From IMG/VR virus record IMGVR_UViG_3300028829_004335: a DNA stretch of 64,000 bases; one strand, given 5' to 3'. Position 1 is the stretch's first letter, and every line of letters starts with the position of its first letter. Origin of the DNA: a virus. Both the position numbers and the translations under genes were made by a program. Shown here in pieces: positions 9,478 to 21,261 of this stretch. Below the pieces are notes generated by a model that worked only from the letters and a program-made list of their open reading frames with translations, was not told the origin of the DNA and made no database searches.

Positions 9478-11751
9478 ATGGAATTTTCAATAGAAACAAA
9501 AATATCAAATTTTATTGAAAATCAATTCCCTTCTTTTTATAGAGAAGAGGGACCTACTTTTATATTGTTTATGAAAGCATATTTTGAGTGGATGGAATCT
9601 AATGGAAATCCAATTTACCATTCAAGAAATCTTTTAAACTATGGTGACATTGATAATACTATAGATGATTTTTTAGTTCATTTTGAGAAAAAATATTTAT
9701 TTGGTATTCCATTTGAGACCGTTGTAAATAAAAGATTTATGATAAAGCACGTTTTAGATGCTTACAGATCAAAATCTAGTATACAGGGTCACAAATTACT
9801 ATTTAAACTTCTTTATAATTTAGATTCAGAAATATATATTCCTGGTAGAGATATATTAAAACCATCTGATGGAACTTGGAAAGAACCAAAATATTTAGAG
9901 GTTACTGATAATGGGAATTTGAATGATTTGGTTGGTAAAGAAATTGAAGGTTCTGAATCAGGAACTCTTGCAGTAGTAGAATCTTTTACAAAAGAATCTT
10001 TTGATTCTGACATTATTAACACATTGTTTATTTCAAACATTACACCAAAAAATCAAGACTTTACAATTGGTGAAGCAATTGTTCTAAAAGGACAAGCATC
10101 AAATACTTCTGCTATTACATCTGCACCTATTTTAAAAGGCTCTTTGAATGGTCTACAAATAATTAATGGTGGACAAAATTTTAAAGTAGGTAATATATTA
10201 AAAATAGTTAAAAGAGATTTGACAAATGATAATATTATTTCTTTTGGCCAAAATGGACTTTTAAGAGTTGCCAATGTTGGTAGAGGATTTGGAACTATAA
10301 ATTTTGATATTTTATCTGGTGGATTCGGGTATTTGTCAAACTCTTCTATATTTGTTTATAATGAAACAGACGATACTACTGGAACTGGTGCAGGATTTGA
10401 GCTAGATCAACTTACAAATCAACAATTAATAACATATAATACAGATGTGATTTGTAATTATTCTAATCTACAATTAGATGCAACTGCTTATGGGTTTCCT
10501 GGAGATGAGACTGCTAATTTAACATCAAATACTGGAACTGCTTTAACATTTATAACAGATATTTTTGGAACAGTATCAAAATTAAATAACATAACAACTG
10601 GTAATAATTACACAAACGCAACTATAAATTTTGTTAGATCTAATTTACTTTCAAATGGACTTCCTGGGTCTATAAGTTACACTGCTTCTTCAAATACCAT
10701 AACTGGAACTTCTACTATATTTGATTCTATATTTGCTGCAAACGATGTCATTCAAATTCAAGCAAATTCTTCTTTGAATGCTACACAAGAATTACAAGTA
10801 ATTAAAGAAGTAACAAACAGCACTCAAATAATTCTTTATGGTCCACCAGAGAATAGTTCCACAGCAAGTGCTGTATATAGAGCAGCACCTACAATATTGC
10901 CTGCTAATTTTGCTACATATGAAACTGTTATGGTAAGAGAAGATGAAACTTTAAACGGTGAAAATGAAAACATTAGAGGCTTGCCATCATCAGGAAATGA
11001 CATTGTTACTTCAGTGTCAATAGTTGATTCTGGTAAATCTTATTTAAATGGTGAAGATGTAGATTTATATTTACAGGGTGGATTGAGTAATGTTGTAATT
11101 AGCTCTGGTGGTTCTGGTTATCAAAATAATGAACTAGTTATTTTTTCTGGTGGTGGAACTCCAGATACAGCAAATGCAGTTGTAGGAACTGATAGTAATG
11201 GTTCTATAATAAATATTCTTTATAATGATAGAGGTTCGGGATATCAAACAACACCAACACTTACAGTGAGAACTTCTAATGGAACTGGTGCACTGTTGTC
11301 TGTAAATATAACAGAATTTAACATTGCAAGTCTTGTTGAAGGTAAAGTTACTAAAGGTGGTGTTGGTGTTGGTAGAGGTTTTTGGTCAACAACAAGAAGT
11401 CATTTAAGTTCTGATAAATTTATACAAGATAGTTATTTTTATCAAGATTTTTCTTATCAGATAAAAGTTCAAAAAATACTTGCTAAATACAAAGATATAA
11501 TAAAAGATACATTTCATTCTGCCGGTTCTGAATTATTTGGAGAGTTTGAACTTATACAAGACGTAAGTTCTAATATAGAATTATTACATAGTAGTAATAC
11601 AGCTGTAAAATCTTTTGATTATACTTCAGATTCTAGTATTTTACTAGCTGATAATAATGTTGTTACTGTGGACAGTTATACTTTCTTTGCTACTGCTGAT
11701 AGAACTTATACGGTTGATAGAATGTTACCATTAGCAGATTTTGTTTCTTAA
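9478..11751 (+). CDS. gp7: Baseplate wedge initiator (gp7-like) with inserted beta-rich domains
   Basis: ISNFIENQFPSFYREEGPTFILFMKAYFEWME...; C-terminal SSDKFIQDSYFYQDFSYQI...FHSAGSELFG. Confidence 0.75.
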   Translation: MEFSIETKISNFIENQFPSFYREEGPTFILFMKAYFEWMESNGNPIYHSRNLLNYGDIDNTIDDFLVHFEKKYLFGIPFETVVNKRFMIKHVLDAYRSKSSIQGHKLLFKLLYNLDSEIYIPGRDILKPSDGTWKEPKYLEVTDNGNLNDLVGKEIEGSESGTLAVVESFTKESFDSDIINTLFISNITPKNQDFTIGEAIVLKGQASNTSAITSAPILKGSLNGLQIINGGQNFKVGNILKIVKRDLTNDNIISFGQNGLLRVANVGRGFGTINFDILSGGFGYLSNSSIFVYNETDDTTGTGAGFELDQLTNQQLITYNTDVICNYSNLQLDATAYGFPGDETANLTSNTGTALTFITDIFGTVSKLNNITTGNNYTNATINFVRSNLLSNGLPGSISYTASSNTITGTSTIFDSIFAANDVIQIQANSSLNATQELQVIKEVTNSTQIILYGPPENSSTASAVYRAAPTILPANFATYETVMVREDETLNGENENIRGLPSSGNDIVTSVSIVDSGKSYLNGEDVDLYLQGGLSNVVISSGGSGYQNNELVIFSGGGTPDTANAVVGTDSNGSIINILYNDRGSGYQTTPTLTVRTSNGTGALLSVNITEFNIASLVEGKVTKGGVGVGRGFWSTTRSHLSSDKFIQDSYFYQDFSYQIKVQKILAKYKDIIKDTFHSAGSELFGEFELIQDVSSNIELLHSSNTAVKSFDYTSDSSILLADNNVVTVDSYTFFATADRTYTVDRMLPLADFVS

Positions 11752-11768
11752 TTTAGGAGTCATAAGAA

Positions 11769-12482
11769 GTGGCAAAACAAACAATAGGAATAGGCACAAC
11801 AGCGAATGACGGAACTGGTGATCCGTTACGAGATGCTTTTGATAAAGTAAATGATAACTTTGATGAAGTTTATTCTGCCTTTACTTTTGCATCCAATAAT
11901 GCAACAGTTGCAAATAATGTTTTAATTGGAAATTCTACTGTAAATTCTGTCGCAAATAGCACTACAGTTTCAATTTCTAACTCTACATCAGAAGTTACAA
12001 CAACTTCTGGTTCAATTTTAGTTGGAAATTCTACTGTAAATTCTATCGCAAATAGTTCAACTATTGTAGTATCTAATTCTACATCATCTATTACTGTTTC
12101 AGAAGGAACAATTGCTGTTGGTAATTCTACAGTAAACACCACAGCAAATAGTTCTCTTGTAAATGCTACATCTGTGACAGTAAATAGTAATACTGGATTG
12201 ACTTTAGGAACATCTGACACAAGTGCTAATGGATTTACTTATCTTCCTAATGGTCTTATTATTCAATATGGTAGTGTTGATGCTAACACAACTGTAGGTG
12301 ATATTACTTTTGCTAATGTTTTTCCAACAGGATTATATTCGCTTACAGTAACAACAAATATTGCTGGTGCATATGATTCAACATACCAGTCAATTGTAAT
12401 CGCATCAAATACTTCTACTGCAAATGTAAGAACTGCAAATGTAACAACAAAATCAGTAAGTTATACTGCAATAGGTAAATAA
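11769..12482 (+). CDS. gp9/gp10-like baseplate fibre connector with C-terminal tail-fibre tip domain
   Basis: GTG start with AGGAG; N-terminal KQTIGIGTTANDGTGDPLRDAFDKVNDNFDEVY; C-terminal YLPNGLIIQYG. Confidence 0.7.
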   Translation: MAKQTIGIGTTANDGTGDPLRDAFDKVNDNFDEVYSAFTFASNNATVANNVLIGNSTVNSVANSTTVSISNSTSEVTTTSGSILVGNSTVNSIANSSTIVVSNSTSSITVSEGTIAVGNSTVNTTANSSLVNATSVTVNSNTGLTLGTSDTSANGFTYLPNGLIIQYGSVDANTTVGDITFANVFPTGLYSLTVTTNIAGAYDSTYQSIVIASNTSTANVRTANVTTKSVSYTAIGK

Positions 12483-14032
12483 TGTCAAAAATTCTACCTG
12501 AATTTAAACAAAATTTAATACAAGATATTTTGGAAAGTATTGAAGCAAATGTTTCTCATTATTATGCTTTTGCTTCACATCCACTAGAATATTCTAATGG
12601 TATACCAACAGCAGTTGATAGTGATTATGATACTTCTTTCATAAATTCTTGGTTAATGCTATTTGGTAAACAACTTTCAAATACAGATATAGTTCCAGTT
12701 ATTAAAAATAATTCTTGGACAGCAAATACTATATATGAAAGATATGATAATACATCAAATACATTATTTACAAATACAAATTATTATACTATCACATCTC
12801 CAGATGTTCCTGGTGGATATTATCATATTTACAAATGTATTGATAATGCTAATAATGCTAACTCTACTGTAAAACCAAGTTCTATATCTACTCCCACACA
12901 ACAAACATCATTTCAAACTGCAGATAATTATATCTGGAGATATATTTCATCTATATCCACAACAAACTATGATAGGTTTGCAACAACAGATTATGTTCCG
13001 CTATTTACTAATTCAAGTATAGTTGCAGCTGCTGGAAATAACGCTGGTGTGGAAGTTATTGTGATTGCAAATAATGGTGTTGGGTACGATAGACATTCTA
13101 ATGGTACTGTACAGGCAGTTATCAATACATCAACAATACAAGTTCAATCTAATACTATAGGTGATAGTTTTCATTATGATACTTGTGGGATATATTTAAT
13201 AAACAATACAGTTTCTACATCTCAGTTATTAAAAGTGGATACTTTTACATCTAATGCTTCTGGTAAGTTTGTTAAATTTACTTCTTCTGCTAATACTAAT
13301 AATATAACTCCTGGTATAACTTTATATTCTATTGCTCCTGATATTGTTATAGAGTCTGATGGTGATATAGTACCAACAGCATTTTGTAATATTAATGCTT
13401 CTTCAAATTCTATTCACAGCGTAACAGTTTTAACCAAAGGAACTTTTGTTTCTTGGGCGAATGTATCAATAGATAGTCCATCTGGTTCTGGTGCAATTTT
13501 ATATCCTATTATAAATCCTCCTGGTGGTCACGGTTTAAGTCCTGAAAATGAATTGAATGTTCAAGGTTTAGGAATTAACTTTAAATTTTCAAATACCGAA
13601 TCAAATACAATAGTAACATCAAATACACTTTACAATAAAATAGGCATTGTAAAAGATGTTTATTATTTGAACTCTGATTTTTCAAAAGGAAATGTGTACA
13701 CCACTAGTACTTTTGATCAAGTATTAAAAGCAAATGTAACACCAGCACATACTTTTGTTACAGGTGAAAAAATTAAAGGTGCTAACAGTAAAGCAGTTGG
13801 TTATGTAGTATTTTCTAACTCTACTCAAGTTTATGTTGCTGGTGATAAAGATTTTCAAGAAGGAGAATCTGTTACAAATGCAGCAGGAAGCAACACTACA
13901 ACAATTCAGACAATAAATGAAACTGGCGATATTTATTATAAAGATTTAGTTCCTTTTTATACACAAAGTATAAATAATGTAAATCGTTCAAACAATCAAA
14001 ATGAAGCATATAAGCTGATTATTAAGTTATAA
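12482..14032 (+). CDS. gp8: Baseplate wedge subunit
   Basis: WTANTIYERYD...YHIYKCIDN...TADNYIWRYISSI...INPPGGHG...EAYKLIIKL. Confidence 0.85.
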   Translation: MSKILPEFKQNLIQDILESIEANVSHYYAFASHPLEYSNGIPTAVDSDYDTSFINSWLMLFGKQLSNTDIVPVIKNNSWTANTIYERYDNTSNTLFTNTNYYTITSPDVPGGYYHIYKCIDNANNANSTVKPSSISTPTQQTSFQTADNYIWRYISSISTTNYDRFATTDYVPLFTNSSIVAAAGNNAGVEVIVIANNGVGYDRHSNGTVQAVINTSTIQVQSNTIGDSFHYDTCGIYLINNTVSTSQLLKVDTFTSNASGKFVKFTSSANTNNITPGITLYSIAPDIVIESDGDIVPTAFCNINASSNSIHSVTVLTKGTFVSWANVSIDSPSGSGAILYPIINPPGGHGLSPENELNVQGLGINFKFSNTESNTIVTSNTLYNKIGIVKDVYYLNSDFSKGNVYTTSTFDQVLKANVTPAHTFVTGEKIKGANSKAVGYVVFSNSTQVYVAGDKDFQEGESVTNAAGSNTTTIQTINETGDIYYKDLVPFYTQSINNVNRSNNQNEAYKLIIKL

Positions 14033-14047
14033 TAGGAAGAAATAAAT

Positions 14048-17000
14048 ATGTCATCTTTAAAAACAAATTTTAATGTTTCTCCATATTTTGATGATTATGA
14101 TGAAGATAAGAATTTTTATAAAATTTTGTTTAGACCCTCTGTTGCTGTTCAAGCAAGAGAATTGACACAACTCCAAACAATTTTACAAAAACAAATTGAA
14201 AGATTTGGTAACAATGTTTTTAAAGATGGTACTATAGTTGATGGTGTTGCAATATTTTATTATCCAAATTTAGATTACATATCTATTGAAGACAAAATAT
14301 ATTTTGCAAATGGTGTAGAATCAACAGTTGTTCCTACTGATCTAAATGTTTACTCATTAGATCCTCAAACATATATTGTTACAAATTCAACAGATTCAAA
14401 TAATGCTGTTAGAGCAAATATTAAGTTAGCAAAAAGTGGATTAAAATCAACCGCACCAAATACTAATAGATTTTATCTTGATTATATAACTTTTGGTACA
14501 GATTCTTCTAACAATAAAGTTTCTACATTTTTACCAGGAGACACTCTTTACATATATTCTGAAAATCAAAATGAATTTGGAACATTAGACGCTAATAATT
14601 TATTATACACAACAAATACTATTGCTACAAATAGTAGTTTTACATCTAATGGACAATCTTATTCTGTAGGTGTTTCAGATGGTATAATTTTTCAAAAAGG
14701 ATTTTTTTCAAAAGTAGAACCACAGGTTGTAACTGTTAATGAATTTTCTACAAATGTAACAGGTTATGTTGTTGGTTTTGAGACAGCAGAAAATATTATA
14801 AACGACCAAGAAGATTTAAGTTTAACAGACAATGCTCTAGGATATCCTAATGAAAATGCTCCTGGTGCATATAGATTAAAATTAAATCCGACTTTAGTAT
14901 CAAAATTAAAAACAGACACATCAAATACTAACTTTTTTTCTATTGTAGAATTTGATTCAAATGAACCAACACAGCAAAGAGATATAACTGAATATAATGC
15001 TATTCAAAAAGAGTTAGCAAAAAGAACATATGAAGAATCTGGTGATTATTTTATTAAACCATTCACTGCTGAAACAAGAGTTAATTCTTCTAATTCACAA
15101 TCTTTCTTTTATGAAATGTCTTCTGGTATTGCTTATGTTCGTGGTAATAGAATAGAAAAAATATCCACCGTTAATGTTGAAGCAGATAGAGCAATAGCAA
15201 CTGAATTTGCGGAAAATCAGATTGTTACAGCAAATTATGGTAATTATGTCATATGTGATGAATTTGTGGGCGTTTTTGATACAGAACAACTTTCTGAAGT
15301 AACTCTTTACGATTCTCCACAAAATTCTATATCTGAATATGAAGGAAGTACATCAACTCCAGTTGGAACATCTGTTGGTAAAGCAAATGTTAGAGCAGTT
15401 TCGTTTGAAGAGGGCGTAAAGGGCAGTCCTACCGGAAAATATTATGTATACTTATTTAATATTCAAATGAATTCTGGAAAAAGTTTTTCCTCCGATGTAA
15501 AAAGTCTTTATATGTCTGGTTCTTTTGGTGATGCTAAAGCAGATATTGTATTGGAAGGTGGTATTGCTAAACTAAAAGACACAACTAAAAAATCTTCAGT
15601 GTTTGATAGTGGACTACTTGCAATAAAAAGATTAACAAATAATACTGGAATTGGTGATACAAACTTTACATATTCTCAGATAAAATCAGGTACTATAAAT
15701 GGGTCTGGTATATTAACAATATCACTTGACACTCCAGCAACTGGTGCTTCAACAGAAAGACTTAATCAATCTTCTGGTTCTGTGTTAACTGGTTCTTTAT
15801 TGGAAGAATATGATGTATTTTTATCAACGAATGCATATTCTGCTAACTTAACAGGAAATGTTTCTATAACTGCAGGTTCTTCTAGTGTTATAGGAGACGG
15901 TACAGATTTTACAAATGAACTAGCAGCAAACTCTAATATTAGAGTTTATGCAAACTCAACACAAACATATATAAAAAGAATTGTATCTATTGGGAATAGC
16001 ACATCTTTAACAGTGGATTCGTCATTTTCAGAATCTAATACAGCAAGTAAATTTGGTAAATATTTTGTCACAGGAACCCCATTACCACTTGCAAATGTTA
16101 CTATAAATTCTAATACCTCATTTTCTGCTAATTTGGGTTTAACATTGGATAGTGGTTCTCAAACCATTTATGCATCATATATTGTAAATAGAAACCAAGC
16201 AAACCCTATACCAAAAATAATAAATAAAAATAAATTTGTAAAAATTGATTGTAGTAATAATGTTGCTACTAGTGTAGGTCCTTGGGACTTAGGATTTTCT
16301 GAAGTTCATAAAATTAGAAATATTTATGTTGGTACGACATATGCAAACACAAATCCTAATAGAACAACTTGGTTTAATCTAGACAGAGGCAGCAGAGAAG
16401 ATGCATTAGAACATTCTAGATTATTTGTAAAACCTGAATATGCATCTAACATATCAGGATCTACTAAGTTTTTGATAGAATTAGACCACTTTACCGCAAA
16501 CACTTCTGCTTCAGTGGGATTCTTTTCTGTTGAATCATATCCTATAGATGATGTTAATACTGCAAATACAAATGCTATACAGACTATAGAATTACCAGTA
16601 GAAAACGAATCAGAAATAAGAAATTTTATTGATTTTAGATCAATAAAATCAAATACTGCGATTTCTTCTTCTACAGAAGGTTCTGCTACTATAAATCCAG
16701 CATTAAATACAAATAATTACGTTATACCAGCAACTGGACAACATATGATTGTTCCTGATAGTAATTTTGTAGCAGATTATGAATATTATTTGCCTAGAAG
16801 AGACATCATTACTATAAATCCAATTGGCGAGTTCATAGTAAACCAAGGTGTTCCATCAGAAATACCTCAAGCACCATTTGTTGAAAACGATCAAGTTTTA
16901 TTAAAAGAAACTTTTGTTCCACCATATCCTTCTGCTACAAGAAGAGAATATGAGACTTATAAGTCTTCTCAAGAAATAAAAATATTTGATAGGTCTAATC

Positions 17001-20000
17001 GTAGATATACTATGAAAGATATCGGAACAATAGATAGGAGACTAAAAAGACTTGAATATTATACAGTTCTAAATGCTCTTGAGCAAAAAGCAAAAGATTT
17101 AACTATACCTGATGTCAATGGTCTTGATAGATTTAAAAATGGTATATTTGCCGATCCATTCAATTCTCATAAAATAGGAAATGTTTCTGATTTTGAATAT
17201 AAAATTTCTATCGATAAAGATGAAACTGTAGCAAGACCTTTCTTTGAAAAACATAATATAGATTTTAAATTTACTCCAAACACATCCTCAGATTCTGTAA
17301 AGTCTTCTAATGTTAAAAGAAGAGGACCATTAGTATTATTAGACTATGAAGATGAAAGATATATATCACAAGAATTTTCAACAAAATATAGAGTTGTTGC
17401 AGAATCTGCTTGGCAATGGAACGGTATTGTAGATCTATATCCAAATTATGACTATTTTCAAGATGAAACAATTGTTCCTAATGTAAATGTAGATATTGAC
17501 CTATCAACACCCTGGGAACAATTTGCCGAATCTCCATTTGGAACCATTTTTGGTGATTGGAGAAATATTTCTAGCACTTCCAGAACAAGACTAATAGGTC
17601 AGGGTGTAACTACTACAACTTCAACAGTTCAAGAACAAATTATAAACGAACTGCAAGTAAATACTCTAACAGAGAATATAGACTTGGGTGCATATGTAAA
17701 AGATGTATCTCTAAATCCATATATGAGATCAAGAGTTGTTGCATTCTTAGCAAATGGTATGAAACCAAGGAGTAATATACACGTATTTTTTGACAATGTT
17801 AACGTTGATGAGCATTGTGCTCCTGGTGAATTATCTGGTTTGACTGAGCCACAAGAAGGTCTTGAAGATAGAATAGTAAACCAAGATGGAGAATACGGCA
17901 CACAATTAGTAGCAAATGAAAGCGGAACTGTTGTAGGTCTGTTTAGAATACCAGAAAGAACATTTAGAACTGGCGAAAGAGTTTTTGAATTAAATAATGT
18001 TAGAGATATTTCAGAAGGCGAAGATGCTAGATCAACTATCGCATTTACTACTTATATGGCAGAATCTATTTCTGTTACTAAAGGTTCTACAACACTTGTT
18101 GTGAGACAACCACAATTATCTACACTATCAACATCACAAAGAAGAACTTTAACTTCAACTCAAACTACATTTATTGCTAGAGAACCAGGTGATGGTGATG
18201 GTGATGGTGGTGATAGCGATCCTATGGCACAATCATTCACTATTGAAAACTTACCAGCCGAAATAACAGGAATATATTTAAATAGTGTTGGTTTATATTT
18301 TAGATATAAAGACAGAACTGTTGGATGTTCAGTTTTCATTTGTGAAATGGAAAATAATATGCCTGATCAATCTAGAATTATTGGACAGGCCCATTTAACA
18401 GAATCTGAAATATCTGTTTCTAGAGGACCTACTTTTGGAGAACCTTTAGTAGAGACCATTTTTGAATTAGATTTTCCAGTTTACTTAATGTCTAATAAAG
18501 ATTATGCTTTTATAGTTCAGCCAGATGGAGGGAGTCCAAATTATGCAATCTGGACTTGTGAGACTGGAGATTTTGATGTAACAACAGACCAACAAGTCTT
18601 TTCAAATCCATATTCTGGAATTATGTTTATCTCAGCAAACAGAAAAACTTGGACTGCTATTCAAAAAGAAGATATAACTTTTAATCTTTATAGAGCAAAG
18701 TTTAATCAATTAAATGGAAATGCTATATTTAAAAATGAAGATGATGAATATTTATCATTGGAAGGATTTACAAGAGCAAATACTTCATTAGGTATATCTG
18801 TCGGTGATGTTGTTCTTACTGTAAATGGTTCAATATCAACTCAAAATACTCTTAATATTTTTTCTAATACTCTAGCAAATTCAGTTTCTGGTAGAGTTCA
18901 ATACATTAATGAAGCAGAAGGTGAACTTTGGATAGATTCATCTACAGCAAACACTACAACATATTTCTCTAATACTGTAAATCCTGTTATAGCAGTATAT
19001 AGAATTGAAACAAGTAATACACAAGAATATCACTCATCTATTAGTGAATCAAAACTAATAGCGTATTCTAATGTTACTAGTGTTGATAACTTAAAATATC
19101 ACGCAGTAGTTCCAAAGTTTGGTGTTCTTCAGCCATCTAGAACAACTTTAACATATAATTTTAAAGGGACTTCAAATTCAAATATTACAGATTCTGCATA
19201 TCATAATGTTGTTAATGAATACGATTATCAATTTATTGACACTGAACGACACGCAATGTCTAAATCAAATGAAATAAATGATTTGTCATCAAACAAATCT
19301 TCAATTTTCGATGTTAATTTACAAAGCCAATCTGATTTAACTTCTCCTGCTATAAACTTATCTAGAAAATCTTCATTTTTTATTGAAAACTTGATTAATA
19401 ATGATTATACAGATGAACATACAAGATATGGTAATGCATTATCAAAATACATTTCTAAAAAAATAGTTTTAGCAGATGGACAAGAAGCAGAAGATTTAAA
19501 GGTTTATATGACTGCTTATAGACCTGCAGATACTGATGTTAAAGTTTATGCTAAATTCTGGAATGATCAAGATCCTCAAGAATTTAATGATAAGGTATGG
19601 ACAGAATTACAATATGATAATGGTGGAAGTTTTGTTTTCTCGTCACCAACAGATACGAGAAATTTTATAGAATATGAATTTTCTGTTCCAACTATAAATG
19701 CAGTTTCGTTTGGAGCATTTGCTAATGTGGGAGTTAATATATATAATCCATTGTCAGGTGGTGTATCAATAGAATCAAGTAATACTACTATATCAGCAAA
19801 AGAACACACTTTCAATGCTAATACTGATGTTAATAATTCTAATAATACTATTAATATAGCAGATGCTAATACATATTTTTCTGTTGGTGATGAAGTGATT
19901 TATAATGTTAATGCTGGAAATACTGCAATAACAGGTCTAACAGAAAATAATAAATATTATGTTTCTTTTTCTAACACAACACAAATGGCACTTTCAGAAT

Positions 20001-20386
20001 CAAGAACTGGTGCAAATATAGATATATCAGCAACATCTGTTTCTGAAACAGGACATTTCTTTACTGGAACATTCTTTACAGAAGATTTCACAGTTGGTGA
20101 TAGAATTAGAGTCGAATCAACTGATTACTTTGCAGTTAGAACTATAACTAATATTTCAAATAATACTAGTATGATAGTTGATAATGGATTAGAATCAACA
20201 AATACTGCTGCTGTATATTATGTGTTTGCATCTGGTGGTGGTGATGGTATAGTAGAATATGAAAACTCTGATGGATCTAGATTTGTAGGATATAAAGAAG
20301 TATCATTAAAAATAGTTCTACTATCATCTAATCCTGTAAGAGTTCCTAGATTAAATGATGTGAGAGGCATTTGTTTACAGGTATAA
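14048..20386 (+). CDS. Large virion structural protein, VrlC/DUF4815 family
   Basis: FNVSPYFDDYDEDKNFYKILFRP..AVQARELTQLQTILQKQIERFG...LAKRTYEESGDY...RLEYYTVLNALE...DRFKNGIF.D...SKYISKKIVLADGQEAEDLKVY...VPRLNDVRGICL. Confidence 0.85.
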   Translation: MSSLKTNFNVSPYFDDYDEDKNFYKILFRPSVAVQARELTQLQTILQKQIERFGNNVFKDGTIVDGVAIFYYPNLDYISIEDKIYFANGVESTVVPTDLNVYSLDPQTYIVTNSTDSNNAVRANIKLAKSGLKSTAPNTNRFYLDYITFGTDSSNNKVSTFLPGDTLYIYSENQNEFGTLDANNLLYTTNTIATNSSFTSNGQSYSVGVSDGIIFQKGFFSKVEPQVVTVNEFSTNVTGYVVGFETAENIINDQEDLSLTDNALGYPNENAPGAYRLKLNPTLVSKLKTDTSNTNFFSIVEFDSNEPTQQRDITEYNAIQKELAKRTYEESGDYFIKPFTAETRVNSSNSQSFFYEMSSGIAYVRGNRIEKISTVNVEADRAIATEFAENQIVTANYGNYVICDEFVGVFDTEQLSEVTLYDSPQNSISEYEGSTSTPVGTSVGKANVRAVSFEEGVKGSPTGKYYVYLFNIQMNSGKSFSSDVKSLYMSGSFGDAKADIVLEGGIAKLKDTTKKSSVFDSGLLAIKRLTNNTGIGDTNFTYSQIKSGTINGSGILTISLDTPATGASTERLNQSSGSVLTGSLLEEYDVFLSTNAYSANLTGNVSITAGSSSVIGDGTDFTNELAANSNIRVYANSTQTYIKRIVSIGNSTSLTVDSSFSESNTASKFGKYFVTGTPLPLANVTINSNTSFSANLGLTLDSGSQTIYASYIVNRNQANPIPKIINKNKFVKIDCSNNVATSVGPWDLGFSEVHKIRNIYVGTTYANTNPNRTTWFNLDRGSREDALEHSRLFVKPEYASNISGSTKFLIELDHFTANTSASVGFFSVESYPIDDVNTANTNAIQTIELPVENESEIRNFIDFRSIKSNTAISSSTEGSATINPALNTNNYVIPATGQHMIVPDSNFVADYEYYLPRRDIITINPIGEFIVNQGVPSEIPQAPFVENDQVLLKETFVPPYPSATRREYETYKSSQEIKIFDRSNRRYTMKDIGTIDRRLKRLEYYTVLNALEQKAKDLTIPDVNGLDRFKNGIFADPFNSHKIGNVSDFEYKISIDKDETVARPFFEKHNIDFKFTPNTSSDSVKSSNVKRRGPLVLLDYEDERYISQEFSTKYRVVAESAWQWNGIVDLYPNYDYFQDETIVPNVNVDIDLSTPWEQFAESPFGTIFGDWRNISSTSRTRLIGQGVTTTTSTVQEQIINELQVNTLTENIDLGAYVKDVSLNPYMRSRVVAFLANGMKPRSNIHVFFDNVNVDEHCAPGELSGLTEPQEGLEDRIVNQDGEYGTQLVANESGTVVGLFRIPERTFRTGERVFELNNVRDISEGEDARSTIAFTTYMAESISVTKGSTTLVVRQPQLSTLSTSQRRTLTSTQTTFIAREPGDGDGDGGDSDPMAQSFTIENLPAEITGIYLNSVGLYFRYKDRTVGCSVFICEMENNMPDQSRIIGQAHLTESEISVSRGPTFGEPLVETIFELDFPVYLMSNKDYAFIVQPDGGSPNYAIWTCETGDFDVTTDQQVFSNPYSGIMFISANRKTWTAIQKEDITFNLYRAKFNQLNGNAIFKNEDDEYLSLEGFTRANTSLGISVGDVVLTVNGSISTQNTLNIFSNTLANSVSGRVQYINEAEGELWIDSSTANTTTYFSNTVNPVIAVYRIETSNTQEYHSSISESKLIAYSNVTSVDNLKYHAVVPKFGVLQPSRTTLTYNFKGTSNSNITDSAYHNVVNEYDYQFIDTERHAMSKSNEINDLSSNKSSIFDVNLQSQSDLTSPAINLSRKSSFFIENLINNDYTDEHTRYGNALSKYISKKIVLADGQEAEDLKVYMTAYRPADTDVKVYAKFWNDQDPQEFNDKVWTELQYDNGGSFVFSSPTDTRNFIEYEFSVPTINAVSFGAFANVGVNIYNPLSGGVSIESSNTTISAKEHTFNANTDVNNSNNTINIADANTYFSVGDEVIYNVNAGNTAITGLTENNKYYVSFSNTTQMALSESRTGANIDISATSVSETGHFFTGTFFTEDFTVGDRIRVESTDYFAVRTITNISNNTSMIVDNGLESTNTAAVYYVFASGGGDGIVEYENSDGSRFVGYKEVSLKIVLLSSNPVRVPRLNDVRGICLQV

Positions 20387-20387
20387 T

Positions 20388-20573
20388 ATGAAAGAAACAG
20401 AAGATAGTTTTGTAAGAGACAATAATAATACAGGATGTGTTTTAAATACTGATAATAATGCTTTAAAAGCATATAAATTAAAAAAACAAAAAAATAAGGA
20501 AATAGATAATCTAAAAGAAGAAGTTAAAGATATAAAAAATATGTTAACTTTAATTTTAGAAAATATGAAATAA
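20388..20573 (+). CDS. Small coiled-coil protein commonly following the VrlC-like gene
   Basis: FVRDNNNTGCVLNTD...EIDNLKEEVKDIKNMLTLIL. Confidence 0.65.
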   Translation: MKETEDSFVRDNNNTGCVLNTDNNALKAYKLKKQKNKEIDNLKEEVKDIKNMLTLILENMK

Positions 20574-20592
20574 TTTTATTGAGATTTATGAT

Positions 20593-21261
20593 ATGAATAA
20601 AAATGATATTTCTGCATTTGCTATACCAATTAGATATGGTATGTTAAATGTTAATGATTTGAATAAAAAATTAATAGAAGATATATTTTTAGAATTGAAT
20701 AATAACGGAAACGAAAAAAGAAGTGGTGTAGGTGTTTATCAAACCAAATCTGGTTTAGAAAAAAAATATGAAAGTTTTAAAACTCTTTCTGAAAAAATTA
20801 AATATTTTTTGTTAGATTTTATGAAGAATGTTAAAGTATACGATGAGTTTTTTATTAAAGATGTATGGGGCAATATTAATAATGATCCATTTGCTTTTCA
20901 TATGCCTCATTCACATGGTATAAATAATTCTTGTATTTTTACTGGAGTTTATTTTCCTACCTCTGGGTATCTTGATAATGATATATCAAAAGAATGTAAT
21001 AATTCTAAGTCTCCTATAATTACATCTAAAACACAACCAAATCCTGGAGATTTAGTTTTATTAGATCCAAATGAAAATATAAAAACGGCAATAGCAACTA
21101 AAAAAACTGAAAAATATCCTTTTTTTGGAAATCCTATTTGTATAACTCCTATTAAAAATACTATAGTTGTTTTTCCGTCTTATTTGAATCATATGGTTAC
21201 ACCATCCAAGAAAGAAAATTATACTAGAATAAGTATAGCATATAATGTGAGTGTTTTATGA
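20593..21261 (+). CDS. 2OG-Fe(II) oxygenase superfamily protein (TIGR02466-like)
   Basis: VWGNIN...HMPHSH...TGVYFP...VVFPSYLNHMVTP...RISIAYN: His metal ligands and the 2OG-binding Arg. Confidence 0.8.
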   Translation: MNKNDISAFAIPIRYGMLNVNDLNKKLIEDIFLELNNNGNEKRSGVGVYQTKSGLEKKYESFKTLSEKIKYFLLDFMKNVKVYDEFFIKDVWGNINNDPFAFHMPHSHGINNSCIFTGVYFPTSGYLDNDISKECNNSKSPIITSKTQPNPGDLVLLDPNENIKTAIATKKTEKYPFFGNPICITPIKNTIVVFPSYLNHMVTPSKKENYTRISIAYNVSVL